NCBI GenBank assembly: GCA_964389675.1
Contig: CAYMEV010000002.1
Location: 124,001-188,000, forward strand
Source: an uncultured Candidatus Sumerlaeota bacterium
GTDB lineage: Bacteria > CAYMEV01
Length of the DNA stretch: 64,000 nt
Direction of reading: 5' to 3'
This document shows positions 46,670-56,589 of the stretch, in pieces (the stretch's first letter is position 1; each line of letters begins with the position of its first letter). The position numbers were made by a program, and so were the translations under genes. The notes beneath the pieces are model-generated. The model made no database searches, was not told the DNA's origin, and saw only the letters and a program-made list of their open reading frames with translations.

Positions 46670-49003
46670 ATGAGGTTTGATAAAAAAGATTCAGTTCTAA
46701 TCACATGCGCTTTACCATATGTCAATAATATACCTCACCTTGGAAACATGGTTCCAATAATAAGCGCTGATGTTTATGCAAGATTCTTAAAAAGCAATAG
46801 TATAAAAGCCATATATATATGCGCCACAGATGAGCATGGTACCAGAACGGAGCTTGAAGCAAAGAAGCAGGGCAAAACTCCGGCTGATTATTGCTCAGGT
46901 CTTCATGACAGGATAAGAAATATATTTGACTGGTTTAATATCGATTTTGATTTCTTTGGTAGAACTTCGGATATTGAGAACCATAAGATGACACAGCATA
47001 TATTTAATAAGCTTTATAAAAACGGCTATATTTTCAGCGATATCCTTGTCCAGTTATATTGCAAAAACTGCGGGATTTTTCTTCCTGATACATTTGTTCT
47101 CGGAAAGTGTCCATACTGCAATAATCCCGATACAAACGGTGATCAATGTGATGTATGCGGGAAATTCCTTGATCCTGTCGAGCTCATTGAACCCAGATGC
47201 AAGACATGCGGAAGCTTGCCTGAAAAGAAGGAATCAAAGCATCTGTTTCTTGATCTTCCAAAACTTTCTCCACTTATAGAGAGCTGGCTTAAAACAAGGT
47301 CTGAGTGGCAGGGCATAATTATTCAGCTGCCATTGTCATGGATAAAAAAGGGCTTAAAGAGCAGATGCATCACAAGGGACCTTGAATGGGGGGTCAGGGT
47401 TCCTCTTGATGAATACAGAAACAAGGTGTTTTATGTATGGTTTGATGCCCCTATAGGATATATAGGCTCTACAATGAAATGGGCAGAACAAAATAGCCTT
47501 GACTGGAAAAAATGGTGGAAGGATGGTCAGACCAGCATAATACACTTTCTGGGGAAGGATAATGTCCCGTTTCATACCCTGATGTGGCCCGGCAGCCTCC
47601 TTGGAGCTGATGATGGATTTAATCTGCCATATTATATCTCTGCGAATGAATACCTTAATTATGAAGGCGGCCATTTTTCAAAGAGCAGGAACAGGGGCAT
47701 CTTTTCAAATGATATAACACAGCTGGGCTTTCCTGAAGACTTTTGGAGATTCTATATTATCAGGAAGAGGCCTGAAAAAACAGACACTGATTTTTCATGG
47801 GAGGATTTTATAAGCGTGATCAATACCGACCTTATTCAGAATTTTGCGAATTACGTGAACAGGACGCTTAAATTCACCTATAAGAATTATGGCTGTATAC
47901 CATCTGAGTGTGGCTTCGATGAGGAAATGCTTAAAAACACAAAGGAGATAGAAGAAAGGATTATAGAGGCCTATTTTGCTGCCAATCTTAGAACAGCACT
48001 AAATTATATTATGAGCCTTTGCGATGCAGCCAATAAGTATTATCAGGATAAACAGCCCTGGAGTGTTATCAAGAATGACAGCGATGAAGCAAAAAGAATT
48101 GTATATACATCCATATTGCTCCTTTACAGGATAATGACGTACATAGAACCTATCATCCCGGCTACATGCGGAAGAATAAAACATATCATGGGTATTGAAA
48201 AAAAAGATGCTATAGATGGCGGGGAAAAGCTTAATGAACCTAAAGCCTTGTTCAGTATAATAGAAAAAGACCGGATAACTGACCTTACTGAGAGATTCAG
48301 AGGTAAGTCCGACTCACCTGACATACCTGCTGATTGGGCTGAATTCAAAAAGGATCCAAAAATTACCTGGGAATGCGTAATAATGGAATTCAGGGATGTA
48401 ACCGTAAGAAAGAAGATCGGTTCCCTTCAAAAGCTTAAAAAGGATACTATTGATAACCTGGATATTGGCTCACTAGAAGGGCTGAAGCATATAAACAGGT
48501 ATTACGAGGCTTTTGATATCCATGACAGGGGAAAATCCATTCCCTCGCCTGTTAATCTGCTGAATATTGTTAAGAAAAGCTCCAATATCCCGAATATCAA
48601 CTCACTTGTTGATATATATAATCTTCTCTCTCTGAAATACGGCATTGTTATGGGAGCATACGACAGGAGAGCCATAAAAGGAAGTATACTCTACAAAATT
48701 GCTGATGGAAGCGAGGTATTCATCCCTGTAAAAAATAAACAGAAAGAGGAGATATTTCCAGGTGAGTGGGTGATAGCAGATGAAAGCAATATGGTCATTA
48801 CAAGGATGCTGTCAAAGCAGTCTGAAGCAGTTGCAGTAAGCAAGGACAGCAGGGATGTAATAATCTGTATTCAGGGTAACCCTGATATCAGTACCGGGAC
48901 TATGTCTGAGGTGTCAGGTGAACTGATAAAGCTTATATCTGAATTTTGCGGAGGAAAGCATAGAATTCTTTATTCCCCCGGGGGAGTAAAAATCCATAAA
49001 TAG
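46670..49003 (+). CDS. metG: Methionyl-tRNA synthetase with C-terminal B3/4-like domain
   Basis: ALPYVNNIPHLGN, DEHG, four CxxC knuckles, YVWFDAPIGY, GKDN..FH, HFSKS; C-terminal INSLVDIYNLLSLKYG...GAYD. Confidence 0.95.
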   Translation: MRFDKKDSVLITCALPYVNNIPHLGNMVPIISADVYARFLKSNSIKAIYICATDEHGTRTELEAKKQGKTPADYCSGLHDRIRNIFDWFNIDFDFFGRTSDIENHKMTQHIFNKLYKNGYIFSDILVQLYCKNCGIFLPDTFVLGKCPYCNNPDTNGDQCDVCGKFLDPVELIEPRCKTCGSLPEKKESKHLFLDLPKLSPLIESWLKTRSEWQGIIIQLPLSWIKKGLKSRCITRDLEWGVRVPLDEYRNKVFYVWFDAPIGYIGSTMKWAEQNSLDWKKWWKDGQTSIIHFLGKDNVPFHTLMWPGSLLGADDGFNLPYYISANEYLNYEGGHFSKSRNRGIFSNDITQLGFPEDFWRFYIIRKRPEKTDTDFSWEDFISVINTDLIQNFANYVNRTLKFTYKNYGCIPSECGFDEEMLKNTKEIEERIIEAYFAANLRTALNYIMSLCDAANKYYQDKQPWSVIKNDSDEAKRIVYTSILLLYRIMTYIEPIIPATCGRIKHIMGIEKKDAIDGGEKLNEPKALFSIIEKDRITDLTERFRGKSDSPDIPADWAEFKKDPKITWECVIMEFRDVTVRKKIGSLQKLKKDTIDNLDIGSLEGLKHINRYYEAFDIHDRGKSIPSPVNLLNIVKKSSNIPNINSLVDIYNLLSLKYGIVMGAYDRRAIKGSILYKIADGSEVFIPVKNKQKEEIFPGEWVIADESNMVITRMLSKQSEAVAVSKDSRDVIICIQGNPDISTGTMSEVSGELIKLISEFCGGKHRILYSPGGVKIHK

Positions 49004-49012
49004 TTGAGGCAA

Positions 49013-50656
49013 ATGAACTATTTCGAATGCCAGAGCTGTGGTGCCTATATTGATGAAAAATCTAAGGGTATTGCAACTATATGTCCTTACTGCAACAGCA
49101 GAAATATAAAAAGGTCAGAAAGCGAAAAGGACCTTCTGAATCTCGAGTGTCCATTCTGCGGAGGGGCATTTTCACTTCCTGATTCATATAATATGTCGAA
49201 ATGCCCATATTGCAGCAGAAGCATATTTATTCAGATGGCTAAAGATATCCTCCAGTTTTTCTATGAGCCTGCGAGAAGTATAGATGAATGCAGTGATATA
49301 GCCTTGCAAAGGGGGTTTTCAGAAAGAAAAAGAACTGTATATCTTCCCTTCTGGGCTTTAAGAGGAACCCTGATATCCTGGATTCTTGGATACAGAAAAA
49401 TAGAAGCCCCGAAGGCACCCCAATTAGCCGGGAGTTATGCATCATCCTACCAGTCAGGTATTCCTGCAGCAGCAGGAGCTTTTCATGTTTCTGAACAGAA
49501 GGCATTCAGAGATTTTTCATCGAGATTATTATTTATTTCAATCGGGGATTATGTAGCCAGGATGATAAAGCAGTATAATCTCGGTACACGGATATATATA
49601 GAAAAATTATCAGTTAAAAATTATGAAAAGCTTGCTGAGTCAGCAGACCTGCTAAAACCGTTATTCAGTACAGAGGAAGCAATGGATAAGCTGATGGATA
49701 TTGCGTATAAGCCTCCTGCAGTCGGCAAGGAATCGGTTGTAGTCCAGTCTGTCAGACTGGATATGGTCGGGAAAAAGTTCCTTTTGATCTATGCCCCTTT
49801 CTTCAGGTTTTCAAAAGCTGGCCAGTCACTGCTTATTGATGCCTTTTCCAAAGAGCCGTACATTGTTTCTGACAGGGTACTCTTTGACCCTGCACCCAAA
49901 AAGATCGATGACAGCCTCTATGGTTACAGAGTTGTTTCTGCTTCAGGCGACAGGCATCCTACGATCGGAGCTTTGGACCTTGTCCCGTTCCTGTGCCCTG
50001 TATGCGGTGCTGACCTGCCGGAAAAGAGGCTTGACTGCTTTATACAATGCAAAAATTGTAAGGCAAACCTGGTAATAGAGAATGACCGTCTAAAAAAGAT
50101 CGATGCATTCTATGTTGATATACCAGAATCATTTATGAGTAATCCCGACAGGTGCAGGATAAAATACTATCCATACTGGAGGTTTAAGGCTGTATTTTAT
50201 TCCAGTGGCAGGAAGATTGACCAAATAAGCAGATTGAGATTCCTGTTTACAGGCTTTATAGACAGATATCAAAGAGATAAGGAATTCCTGAACATTTTCA
50301 TGTATATTCCAGCTTTTGGCAGGATCAACAGCCCGGGCCTGGATAAAATTTCCTCGATATATACCAAAATGCAGATAGTTTATGGGTATTCAGGGGAATT
50401 TGATGAAACTAATGAAAAAGCAGCTGTAATATATGATCACGATGATGCGGAGAACTTTGCGTATACCATATTGCTTAAAACCTCAAACCTGAATAAGTCA
50501 TCGAGCATAAATAGAATTAGAAATAACTTTATCAGGTTGAAAGACCCGAAGCTGTTTTATTTTCCATTTCTTGTCAATCCGGTGGGAATGCACATGGACC
50601 CAATATTGGGCCTTAATTATATGAAAAATTCCTTTGTATCTGAGAGGTCTTATTAA
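49013..50656 (+). CDS. Multi-zinc-ribbon hypothetical protein
   Basis: Six CxxC pairs; YLPFW/YYPYW motifs; ATG at 49013 with GAGG RBS. Confidence 0.75.
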   Translation: MNYFECQSCGAYIDEKSKGIATICPYCNSRNIKRSESEKDLLNLECPFCGGAFSLPDSYNMSKCPYCSRSIFIQMAKDILQFFYEPARSIDECSDIALQRGFSERKRTVYLPFWALRGTLISWILGYRKIEAPKAPQLAGSYASSYQSGIPAAAGAFHVSEQKAFRDFSSRLLFISIGDYVARMIKQYNLGTRIYIEKLSVKNYEKLAESADLLKPLFSTEEAMDKLMDIAYKPPAVGKESVVVQSVRLDMVGKKFLLIYAPFFRFSKAGQSLLIDAFSKEPYIVSDRVLFDPAPKKIDDSLYGYRVVSASGDRHPTIGALDLVPFLCPVCGADLPEKRLDCFIQCKNCKANLVIENDRLKKIDAFYVDIPESFMSNPDRCRIKYYPYWRFKAVFYSSGRKIDQISRLRFLFTGFIDRYQRDKEFLNIFMYIPAFGRINSPGLDKISSIYTKMQIVYGYSGEFDETNEKAAVIYDHDDAENFAYTILLKTSNLNKSSSINRIRNNFIRLKDPKLFYFPFLVNPVGMHMDPILGLNYMKNSFVSERSY

Positions 50657-50657
50657 G

Positions 50658-50936
50658 ATGGCTGTAAAATGCCCTTATTGCTTCCAGTTTAATTCGACAG
50701 GTACCATAAGGTGCATTTTCTGCAGCAGGTATCTTGATGATAAAGGTACAGAGGCAGGAGAAGATGAGCTGATGGGAGATCATGTATTTGATTATAGAAA
50801 GGGAGTCAAGATTGATCTTGCAGAGCAGAGTGGTAATGAGCTGACAGAAAAGGAGTTTGTGAATATAGCAAAAGTTACGGGAATAGTTGTCCTGATAGTA
50901 AGTTTTTTAATTCTTATACTAAAGACTATATTATGA
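50658..50936 (+). CDS. Small zinc-ribbon protein with C-terminal TM helix
   Basis: CPYC...CIFC, hydrophobic C-terminus, GAGG RBS. Confidence 0.7.
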   Translation: MAVKCPYCFQFNSTGTIRCIFCSRYLDDKGTEAGEDELMGDHVFDYRKGVKIDLAEQSGNELTEKEFVNIAKVTGIVVLIVSFLILILKTIL

Positions 50937-50939
50937 CTT

Positions 50940-53900
50940 TTGGATAGGATAGTTGTGAACATAATAAATAACATAATTGACAGGCGATATAACATAATCA
51001 GAAGGCTCGGATGCGGAGCAATGGGTGATGTTTATCTTGCTGAAGATCTGCTTCAGGAAAATTCCAGAATCGCCCTTAAAATTATAAGAGGCAAGGGGCT
51101 GAATTATGAGAAGGCAGGACTTTTTAAGAAGGAATTCTCAATCCTTAATATGATAAATCACCCGAATATTATGAAAGTTAAGGATTTTGGCTATGATAAT
51201 GCCAGAAATATGTTCTACTTTACAAATGAATTCATTGAAGGGCACACACTCAGGGAGCTTTTAGAGAAAGGGAAAGAATTTTCCTTGGGGGATATACTGG
51301 ATATTGCTGTATCACTTGGAAGGGCAGTTGATTTTATCCACAGCAGGGGTATAGTCCATAGGGACATAAAACCCGGCAACATAATGGTCGATCCGGACAA
51401 TAACGTAAAACTTATGGATTTTGGCCTTGCCGATCTAATTAAAAAGGATGATGCAAGGTTTAAGGGTACCTTATATTATGCAGCACCTGAAAATTTTACA
51501 GAGGGTACGGACTGTAAATCGGATATATATCAACTGGGGATTGTCCTTCTGGAATTGGCGACATGCCAGAATATCTTTGGAAATATTGCATCAGACAGGA
51601 TCATAGAAATTATGGGAAATAATGACCTTTTTACCATTAACAGGGCCAGGGCTTTTGAGAGTATAAGGGATAAAAGACTTGAACATATTCTCAATAAGAT
51701 GACTGCATTTGATAAAAATGACAGGTATATGAACTGTGCAGAAATAATATTGGATATAAACCGTTTATTCGAAAGGAATTACAAGCTGGAAAGCAATGCA
51801 ACAATGGAATCTTACTTCACAAACCCGGTTTTCATTGGAAGGGAAGATGAGCTTTCCATGCTGAAAACAAATATTCAGGATGAGAAAGGAAGCAGGATAT
51901 TTATTCTTAAGGGTTCTGCCGGTTTAGGCAAGGACATGCTAATTAATGAGATAAAGAAATTCTGCCAGATGGATGAACTGCAGTTTTTTGAAGGCAGGTG
52001 TCTTGATTCAGCAATCAGCAGTAAAATAGCCTTGCAGGAGCTGCTTGGTTATTTAATGCTTTATGCGCCGGATGATATTCTGGATGAGGCAGGCAGTGAT
52101 ATTGCCATGATATTGCCGAAAGAAGAAAGGCTCAGCAAATTCAGCCCGCCGGATTATAGCAGTCAAAGCATGGCAAAAGAAATCATGATTGATTCCATAA
52201 CAGACCTTTTTATCCTGTATGCTGAACAGTCTGAAAAGCAGAGTGTAATTGCACTCAGGGATTTTCATTATGCTGACAGTGATCTCAAAGAAATCTTTAA
52301 GAATTTATGCTATAAGCTCCAGAAAATGGAATCAGGTAATCTCAGGCTTATTATCTCTATTAATCCTGATCATGCAGATCAAAATGATTTTCTGGACTTT
52401 CTCGGTTCAAATAAGCTTCATTTCGTTAACATTCTTCTTAAGCCTTTTACAGCAGTTGAAGCAGGTCTATATACAGAATCAATATTTGGAACTGAGAAGA
52501 CAGATGACAGCATACATAATATATACAGCTATTTAAGGGATATATCATCTGGAATTCCAGATTTCCTTAAAGAGATAATAAGAGAGTTCGTAAATAGCGG
52601 ACAGATTCATAAATCCCAGGATAAATGGATCCTTTCGCCTGAATTCAGCAAGGAACTCAGTATAAAGGATAAGGATTTTAAGGGCTTGATTCAGGAAAGG
52701 CTGGAAAGAACTGATTTTACTGCGGAACAAAAAGAATTGCTGAAATTTATATCTCTTTTCTCAAAAGCCCCTAATGTTCGTGAACTGTCATTTTTGATGG
52801 GTAAAAAACCGCAAGAGATTGTACATATGCTTGAAGAGCTCTCAGATAAGTCTTTAATATTAGCGCGCAAGGCTCAGAATGAAATAAACTATGCCTTTAT
52901 TAATCAGCTATTGCAGCGGAGTATTCAGGATCAGATAAATCCTGGGGAGAAGGCTGAAAAGAACCTGAAAATTGCAGAGGCCCTGGAATATTTATATAGA
53001 GGGTCTATTGAGATGCTTCTCGATATTGTATCATATCATTACAGCCGGTCCGGTATGAAGGATAAAGCAGAAGAATACCTTCTCCTTTATGCTGACCAGT
53101 GTGATAAGCTCCACAAAGCTGAGGATTCGGTCAGGCTGTATAAACAGGTACTGGGTATTACAGGCGAAGATCAGATAGAGAAGATTGCTCAGGTAAGTCT
53201 GAAACTAGCAGCAAATCAAATGGTTTTAGATCAGAATGATGATGCCGTTGATTCTGCCAGGAAAGCACTGTCATTAGCCAGAGAAATTATGGATAAAAGG
53301 CTTCTGAACAAGTCCAGGCTTGTTTTGGCTCAGGCATTGGCTAAAGCTGGCAATAAAGCAGATGCGATATTGATTCTTGATGAGATTTTGAATTATTATT
53401 CAGGTAATGAAGAAGATGATCTGCTTATAGAAGCATATAATGAATATGGGAATATATACTGGAAAATGGGTGAATATGACACTGCCAGAAGCTTTTTTCT
53501 TAAGCAGATTGATATTGCTTCCAGGAAAAACAACAGGAAGAGTATTGCCAAGGCACATAATAATATAGGTTTAATAATGTTTCACGAAGGAAATACAGCT
53601 GATGCAAAAGAGCATTTCCAGAAGTGCCTTGACTACAGCCTTGAGGAAAATGATCTGATCCTTACAGGAATAGCGATGGGCAATATGGGGCTTATATTCT
53701 GGAAACAGAAGGATTATGAAAGAGCCCTTGAATTATTTGAGAGCAAACTCGAGATATCGAGAAAACTTGGGCTGAAAAGGGAAATATCTGTTTCACTTGT
53801 TAATATTGCTGATATTATGTCAGATAAAGGAGATTATTCAAAAGCAGTTGATATATATGAAGAGCAGATCGGGTTGACCAGGCTTATAAATGATAGATAT

Positions 53901-56588
53901 CTGAATACAATAACCGGCATAAATCTTGGTACAGTGTATAAGGAAATGGGTGATATTAAAAGTGCTTTTGCAGCATTACAGGAATCAAGGATCAATGCTG
54001 AAGAAATAGAGCATAAAGAGCTTCAGAGCGTTTCCCTTATCAATCTGGGTGATATATACAAATTATTGGATAATCTGGAAATGGCTCAAAAATGCTATAA
54101 TGAGGCAATATCGATCGCCGAGGAAATAGAGCTGAACATGTACCTTCCCTACTATTATCTTACCAGGGCTGACTTGGCTTTTCAATCGGGTGATTATGAA
54201 GATTGCCTCAGGTATACATTAAAAGGACTCGATGTTTCAGAAAAGATAAATGACAGGAGCCTGATGACAGACCTGAAAATAATTTCTCTGAAATCTGAAT
54301 ACTACTTATCCGGAGACGAAGCTGAGAAATCAGAGATTCTTTCCAAGATGAAAAATTATGCTAATAACTGCAATGAAGACAGGGAATTAGCCCTCGTAAG
54401 CTATGAAATTTTCAGGATAACCGGTAAATTCTTCTGGGGCTACAGTGCATTGAAATATTATAGAAGGCTGTTTAAGCGTATAGAGAAATATGAATATAAA
54501 AACAGGATAGAAAATCTTGAGAATATACTAAGGCTCAAATATCATGATTTATCATCTGATGACTATATAAGCGGGATATTCCTTGATGAGTCACTGGATA
54601 AGCTTAATCAATCAGAAATAGTAAACAATTTCAGGGAGCTTGACAGATACAGGAAGCTTGACTACTTTGCATCAGAAATTATTTATCTCTGCAGCAGGCC
54701 GGACTGCAGCAGGGATTTTGCTGGAAAAATTTCAAACTCAGCAAGCTATATCAAAAATCTTATAAAAAATCTTGAGAAAGAGAGTTTTCGTGAAAGGAAA
54801 AAAGACAAGCCAGGGACAGGGGAGACTGAGGAAATTGAGAAGGAAATCAGCAGCATAATTACAGGAAACACAGACAGGGACATACGCAATGTGGAAATGC
54901 TTCTTGAGGCTGTAAGAGCATCATCTTCCACGCTTGATGTAGATGTGCTCCTGGTTCGGATCATGGATATGATACTTAAAATTACAGAAGCTGAACGCGG
55001 TTTTATTCTTCTTAAAAGCAAGGAGGATGGAACCCTCAAGATCAGCGTAAAGAGGGCAAAAAACCTCTCAGATGATGAGATCGAGGAAGATTTCAGCAGG
55101 AGCATACCTCAAAAGGTACTGCAGACCGGTGTGCCGGTCTGCCTTAAAGATTCTGCAGTTGAATCAGCTACGACAAGCATGCTTGACCTCGACTTAAGGT
55201 CAGTCATGTGTGTCCCGCTTCAGATAAGAAACTACAGGTTCGGTGTAATTTATGTTGATAGCCATACTGCATTAAAGCAGTTTACAGATACAGACCTTTC
55301 TTTCTTTAATGCTCTTACAAGCCAGATTGCAGGAGCAATAGAAAATGCGAGGCTTTATAATGAAGCAATAGAACTTACCAACAGGATACAAAGCTACAAT
55401 CAGGAGCTTCTGGAGAGTGAAAAGAGCCTGAAAATATCCAAACTGGAGGTTGAAAAGCTTAAAAATCTCCTTGATAATATTATCAATTCCATTCCCGCGA
55501 TGATACTTGCTATTGATACGGAAAACAGTGTTATAATGTGGAATAAAACAGCATCCTGTCTTACCGGTATCAGCCATGGCAATATTACGGGGAAGAATAT
55601 TTTCCAAGGACTCCCGTATTTTGAAAGATATAAGGGCAAAATTGAAACAGTAAAGAGCAGCAATAAGGTTTTACACCTTTTTAAGGAAAAAATTGATTTT
55701 ACGCCTGAGTGTGAAACATTTTATGATGTCCTGATATCTCCGCTGATCGGTGGTGAGAGTACTCTAGGAACAGTCTTCCGTATAGAGGACACAACAGAAA
55801 GGGAAAAGAAGAACCAGCAGCTTATTCAGGCTCAAAAGCTTGAGATAGTTGGAACCCTGGCCAGCGGCCTTGCCCATGATTTTAATAATGTCCTGGGTGT
55901 CCTGATTGGTTCCATATCACTTATAAAGATTAAAATCAAGTCACTTGAAATAAATACCAGAAACCAGATATCAGAATACCTTGATTCGATGAATACCGCT
56001 ATACAAAGGGCAAGAAACCTGGTAGTCCAGCTTATCAGCCTTACAAGGCGGGATAGAGTGGATTTCCTGAGAGTCGACCTTAATAGCTGCATTAATACCG
56101 TGGCTATTTTATGCAATGCAAGCCTGGATAAACGGATTGATTTCCACTTCTCATTATTCCCGGGACCGGCATATGTCTTCGGCAATTCAAGTCAGATCGA
56201 GCAGGCACTTCTCAATCTGTGCATTAATGCCATGCATGCCATGACAATAATGAATACCGGTCAGAACAGGCTTGGAAACAGGCTGGAGCTTAAGGCCGAT
56301 GAATTTACAGCAGATGAAAATTTCTGCGAGGTCTATCCTGATGCAACCAGGGGAAAATACTGGCTGATGTCCATAATCGATCAGGGTGTTGGCATGGATT
56401 CAGCCACTCTATCAAAGATATTTGACCCGTTTTTCTCCACCAAGAATAAGGATATTGGGACTGGACTGGGGCTTTTCATGGTTTATGACATAATCAGGAA
56501 GCATTCAGGCATTATTACTGTTGAGAGCACTCCCGGAGCCGGAAGCCGTTTTGATATATATCTGCCTCAGGCTAAAGACGCCTGCTGA
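50940..56588 (+). CDS. Hybrid Ser/Thr kinase - ATPase - TPR - GAF - PAS - histidine kinase
   Basis: HRDIKPGN, DFG, APE; FIGRE; GSAGLGKD; TPRs; GAF (RSVMCVPL, GVIYVD); PAS; LAHDFNN; NLCINA, DQGVG, FDPFFSTK, GTGLGL. Start may be GTG at 50955. Confidence 0.9.
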   Translation: MDRIVVNIINNIIDRRYNIIRRLGCGAMGDVYLAEDLLQENSRIALKIIRGKGLNYEKAGLFKKEFSILNMINHPNIMKVKDFGYDNARNMFYFTNEFIEGHTLRELLEKGKEFSLGDILDIAVSLGRAVDFIHSRGIVHRDIKPGNIMVDPDNNVKLMDFGLADLIKKDDARFKGTLYYAAPENFTEGTDCKSDIYQLGIVLLELATCQNIFGNIASDRIIEIMGNNDLFTINRARAFESIRDKRLEHILNKMTAFDKNDRYMNCAEIILDINRLFERNYKLESNATMESYFTNPVFIGREDELSMLKTNIQDEKGSRIFILKGSAGLGKDMLINEIKKFCQMDELQFFEGRCLDSAISSKIALQELLGYLMLYAPDDILDEAGSDIAMILPKEERLSKFSPPDYSSQSMAKEIMIDSITDLFILYAEQSEKQSVIALRDFHYADSDLKEIFKNLCYKLQKMESGNLRLIISINPDHADQNDFLDFLGSNKLHFVNILLKPFTAVEAGLYTESIFGTEKTDDSIHNIYSYLRDISSGIPDFLKEIIREFVNSGQIHKSQDKWILSPEFSKELSIKDKDFKGLIQERLERTDFTAEQKELLKFISLFSKAPNVRELSFLMGKKPQEIVHMLEELSDKSLILARKAQNEINYAFINQLLQRSIQDQINPGEKAEKNLKIAEALEYLYRGSIEMLLDIVSYHYSRSGMKDKAEEYLLLYADQCDKLHKAEDSVRLYKQVLGITGEDQIEKIAQVSLKLAANQMVLDQNDDAVDSARKALSLAREIMDKRLLNKSRLVLAQALAKAGNKADAILILDEILNYYSGNEEDDLLIEAYNEYGNIYWKMGEYDTARSFFLKQIDIASRKNNRKSIAKAHNNIGLIMFHEGNTADAKEHFQKCLDYSLEENDLILTGIAMGNMGLIFWKQKDYERALELFESKLEISRKLGLKREISVSLVNIADIMSDKGDYSKAVDIYEEQIGLTRLINDRYLNTITGINLGTVYKEMGDIKSAFAALQESRINAEEIEHKELQSVSLINLGDIYKLLDNLEMAQKCYNEAISIAEEIELNMYLPYYYLTRADLAFQSGDYEDCLRYTLKGLDVSEKINDRSLMTDLKIISLKSEYYLSGDEAEKSEILSKMKNYANNCNEDRELALVSYEIFRITGKFFWGYSALKYYRRLFKRIEKYEYKNRIENLENILRLKYHDLSSDDYISGIFLDESLDKLNQSEIVNNFRELDRYRKLDYFASEIIYLCSRPDCSRDFAGKISNSASYIKNLIKNLEKESFRERKKDKPGTGETEEIEKEISSIITGNTDRDIRNVEMLLEAVRASSSTLDVDVLLVRIMDMILKITEAERGFILLKSKEDGTLKISVKRAKNLSDDEIEEDFSRSIPQKVLQTGVPVCLKDSAVESATTSMLDLDLRSVMCVPLQIRNYRFGVIYVDSHTALKQFTDTDLSFFNALTSQIAGAIENARLYNEAIELTNRIQSYNQELLESEKSLKISKLEVEKLKNLLDNIINSIPAMILAIDTENSVIMWNKTASCLTGISHGNITGKNIFQGLPYFERYKGKIETVKSSNKVLHLFKEKIDFTPECETFYDVLISPLIGGESTLGTVFRIEDTTEREKKNQQLIQAQKLEIVGTLASGLAHDFNNVLGVLIGSISLIKIKIKSLEINTRNQISEYLDSMNTAIQRARNLVVQLISLTRRDRVDFLRVDLNSCINTVAILCNASLDKRIDFHFSLFPGPAYVFGNSSQIEQALLNLCINAMHAMTIMNTGQNRLGNRLELKADEFTADENFCEVYPDATRGKYWLMSIIDQGVGMDSATLSKIFDPFFSTKNKDIGTGLGLFMVYDIIRKHSGIITVESTPGAGSRFDIYLPQAKDAC

Positions 56589-56589
56589 A

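Noticed and set aside
49001-49015. Amber read-through fusing metG to the in-frame Zn-ribbon gene
   Set aside because: The downstream gene has its own GAGG RBS and ATG at 49013; TAG is used as a normal stop elsewhere (rpoD, argF)
50934-50942. TGA read-through or selenocysteine joining the small Zn-ribbon/TM gene to the in-frame giant kinase
   Set aside because: No evident SECIS hairpin; fusion would likely put the kinase on the opposite side of the membrane from the Zn ribbon; TGA ends many genes here; in-frame adjacency occurs by chance one time in three
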